Made by a program: the position numbers and the translations under genes. The notes under the pieces are model-generated. The model did not search any database, had not been told where the DNA came from, and worked only from the letters and a program-made list of their open reading frames with translations. From the NCBI GenBank assembly GCA_046753765.1, contig JBHHUN010000008.1:1-39508 (forward strand): 39,508 bases of DNA, read 5' to 3'. Source of the DNA: Candidatus Dojkabacteria bacterium. Lineage in GTDB: Bacteria > Patescibacteriota > Dojkabacteria > B142 > OLB20. Shown piece after piece: positions 37,154 through 39,508 of this stretch (position 1 is its first letter; each line of letters opens with the position of its first letter).

Positions 37154-38059
37154 TTGATTTTTGTCTTGTTGAAGTTCGCCAGGAAAACTTTCACAATTCT
37201 TCTTTCCTTTATCTTCCTCTCACAGACATTTCTTTCAGTAGTAACAGCCCAATCAATTCTTGGAATGGATGTAAGTGATTCACTCTACGCTACGGCAAAC
37301 TCGGGTATTGGATTAGCTTTCCTTGGAAAGAGTATCGCTCTTCCGGGAGGTAATGCTACAAACGACATCTTCCCTGTATATCAGGATAGCACTGATGATA
37401 GTGCACTCGCTGCTGCTCCAGATCAAAGGAAGTTCCCGCCCATTGAGGGGGAAGTTCTTGGGCGAAGGATTGAAAATTGGAAGAAGAGAGGATTTAAGTA
37501 TTTCGCGGGAGGAATTCAGTTGTGGCTCAGGAGAGAGGATTACTACTACGGGAAGTGGCTTAATGCACGGGCAGGTGTGAACGAGATAGACAGGCTCCCG
37601 GTGATTACACCGGGTAAAAAGATCAGTTTGATTGGAAACGGATACCTGACTCTTAGCCCTTACCGTGGATACGTGCGCCCACCAGGAGGATACTATTATG
37701 GCTCAGGGCTGTGCTGGTCCGTGAGTGCTCTGGGAGGACTCTTGGATAACGCAAACAGACGTTTCAAAAAGAAGTATGGCTTTCCCATGTTTGCATATCA
37801 GCCAGGCGACAGACGTGGCCACGGTCACAACTACAAAACATACTCTCATAGCAACAAGGGCTGGGGGTACACTGTAATCAAGGTACGTAGCGGGATAGGG
37901 CAACAGGACTACACTTTCCAGCTTAATCCGCGAATAAAGTACACACCGGGGATAAAAAACCTCAAACTCAAGATTATACTCTGGGCTGGGAAGAGGAATA
38001 AAAAGGGGTATCTTGGACAGACCGTCGGGGGGCATATCTACACTAACATCAAGCTCTAA
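37154..38059 (+). CDS. Secreted hypothetical protein with a VanW-like motif
   Basis: Signal peptide; YGSGLCWSVSAL resembles the VanW GGGxCQxSxxL motif; start uncertain. Confidence 0.5.
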   Translation: MIFVLLKFARKTFTILLSFIFLSQTFLSVVTAQSILGMDVSDSLYATANSGIGLAFLGKSIALPGGNATNDIFPVYQDSTDDSALAAAPDQRKFPPIEGEVLGRRIENWKKRGFKYFAGGIQLWLRREDYYYGKWLNARAGVNEIDRLPVITPGKKISLIGNGYLTLSPYRGYVRPPGGYYYGSGLCWSVSALGGLLDNANRRFKKKYGFPMFAYQPGDRRGHGHNYKTYSHSNKGWGYTVIKVRSGIGQQDYTFQLNPRIKYTPGIKNLKLKIILWAGKRNKKGYLGQTVGGHIYTNIKL

Positions 38060-38371
38060 CGGGATGCTCCCAGAGCTTCTCCCAGTATTGTTCCAGTGAC
38101 ACTGTTGAATCCTCGGGTAAGCCTTGAAGCCATAGCGCTGGCCTCTCTTGGTGGTTTCTGTCATCTGACCTGCAAGCGATCTTATAGCCACTCTTCTTTC
38201 GACAGGATCCGTTGGTAATTCAGCACTAATTCTGGCAACCTCACTAACAAAACGTTCGTCAGCCTCACGGGTGTTTTCAGACGCCCCGGCCAGTTTTTCG
38301 AGTGCATCAAAGACACCGTCTCCTATTCCCGGTTGATCCAGAAGTGCATTGGCAAATACTTCCGTAGTCAT
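37703..38371 (-). CDS. Hypothetical protein; only the N-terminal ~100 aa is plausible
   Basis: ATG at 38371 with a helical N-terminus; the remainder overlaps the + strand gene in antisense. Confidence 0.35.
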   Translation of the reverse strand: MTTEVFANALLDQPGIGDGVFDALEKLAGASENTREADERFVSEVARISAELPTDPVERRVAIRSLAGQMTETTKRGQRYGFKAYPRIQQCHWNNTGRSSGSIPLELDVSVDMPPDGLSKIPLFIPLPSPEYNLEFEVFYPRCVLYSRIKLESVVLLPYPATYLDYSVPPALVAMRVCFVVVTVATSVAWLICKHGKAILLFETSVCVIQESSQSTHGPAQP

Positions 38372-38463
38372 GTTTTGCGGGCTTAAGTGCGAAGATTATA
38401 GTAGAGATGTGCTTTCGGGCATGTATTTAATTGGATTGATACTCAACAGGTTTGGTATAATGA

Positions 38464-38521
38464 GGTTGTTGTATCCCGATTATCCATGAAGGTGGAGTAA
38501 TCGGAGGCAGCGGTTTGTGGT
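38464..38521 (+). repeat. Degenerate 5' half of tRNA-His with the D-arm replaced by a hairpin
   Basis: ggttgttgta-[tcccgattatcca..tggagtaatcgga]-ggcagcggtttgtggt versus tRNA ggtgactgta-gctcagctggttag-agcatcggtttgtggt. Confidence 0.65.
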
Positions 38522-38596
38522 GACTGTAGCTCAGCTGGTTAGAGCATCGGTTTGTGGTACCGAGGGTCGTGGGTTCGAATCCCTCCAGTCACCCCA
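38519..38596 (+). tRNA. tRNA-His(GTG)
   Basis: G-1 plus GTGACTG...CAGTCAC-C-CCA, anticodon arm TCGGT-TTGTGGT-ACCGA; one T-stem mismatch; TGGTATAAT at 38453-38461. Confidence 0.93.
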
Positions 38597-39508
38597 ATTG
38601 ATAGTTTTAGGAGCAGAAACGACTTCAACCATTGAATCCCAAGGTTTTTGAAAGTTCCAACGCACCTCTTTGTTATTTAAAGTTATGTTCTCTCCGATTT
38701 CAAGTATGATTTCCCTCTTTTGCTGAATCGATCCCTCCTCAAAGGCTTTGTCTATTGATCCCAATTTTTCGAAGAGAAGTTCCAACCTATCTCTGATTTC
38801 TTTTCTTGAATATGTACTATCCTTTCGAAGCTCTTCTAACCGCATAACCTCTTGATTGATCTCCTCCTTTTTGGACAGATATTCTTCTTTCGATAATTCC
38901 TCTGAAAGCCTTAACTCAAGAAGTTTATTCTGCTTATCTAAGGCTAAATTAATCTGCTTCTCAATGTCAGCTCTTTGTTCGACTTCTGATTTGAAAGAAT
39001 CTTCCAGATATTGGAACGTGTAGTTCTTCAGTTGGGCCAATCTTTCAGGACTGATTCGAATCATTCTGCATTTCTCATAGAAATACTCATTAAGATAGTT
39101 CTCTGTAACAGGAGGATTACCACAATTACCCTTTCTTTTAGTACAAGAATAGTATGTATATTCTTTCCCATTGGGTTTTATCTTTGTGTAAGCAGTAATA
39201 GACAAGCCACATCGGTCGCACTTCATTACTCCTTTGAATGCATGATCCCTTCTTCGGAATATTGGTTTAGTTTTATCATCCAATACATCTTGAAGAACCT
39301 TCCACTTTTCCATAGATACCAGTGGTTCCCATGTTCCTTTGACTTCGGGATAATCCCCATAACGAAGCACCCCAGCATACACAGGGTTTCTAAGCATTCT
39401 ATGCACCATACTTTTCGTAAAGTACCTTCCTTTTCGTGTCTTAATACCCCACTCCTTTAGCAGTAGTGTCGCCTGAGAGAAATTGTCCCAATGACATTAG
39501 AAATTACG
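38531..39508 (-). mobile_element. Large serine recombinase (recombinase + Zn ribbon + coiled coil), C-terminal part; edge of an integrated element
   Basis: LRNPVYAG, WEPLVS..W..Q, KCDRCG, YYSC..C; its C-terminus WGDWRDSNPRP is the antisense of tRNA-His. Confidence 0.85.

Noticed and set aside
986-39460. Numerous 60-190 aa antisense or nested ORFs in the track (e.g. 986-1381, 18090-18536, 35183-35749, 39011-39460)
   Set aside because: They shadow well-supported genes and carry no recognisable motifs.

Overview
Gene-dense bacterial window (standard code). The gene content suggests a Patescibacteria/CPR-like genome, but that is inference. It holds six intact tRNA genes (Asn, Lys, Leu, Asp, Arg, His), housekeeping genes (rplS, rnhB, yraN-like, recX, sppA), glycosyltransferases, a cNMP-binding/FecR/CHASE2-cyclase operon, a hexokinase, a compact phospholipid-assembly cluster, several broken genes, and a large serine recombinase running into tRNA-His at the right edge. 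Three observations stand out. (1) A complete ribosome-mediated attenuator with an Asn-rich leader peptide (MKTIKVTNNNQNNTS) and 1:2, 2:3 and 3:4 structures lies directly upstream of tRNA-Asn. (2) A family of TCCCGA..TCGGGA-like palindromes is embedded in degenerate tRNA copies beside tRNA-Lys, tRNA-Asn and tRNA-His, and a small GIY-YIG nuclease gene sits between tRNA-Lys and an anticodon-replaced copy of it. (3) A CarS-like, CDP-alcohol transferase, AcpS, acyl-AMP ligase-ACP-acyltransferase and kinase-like cluster could build phospholipids from scavenged fatty acids. All calls come from reading the sequence; no searches were run.
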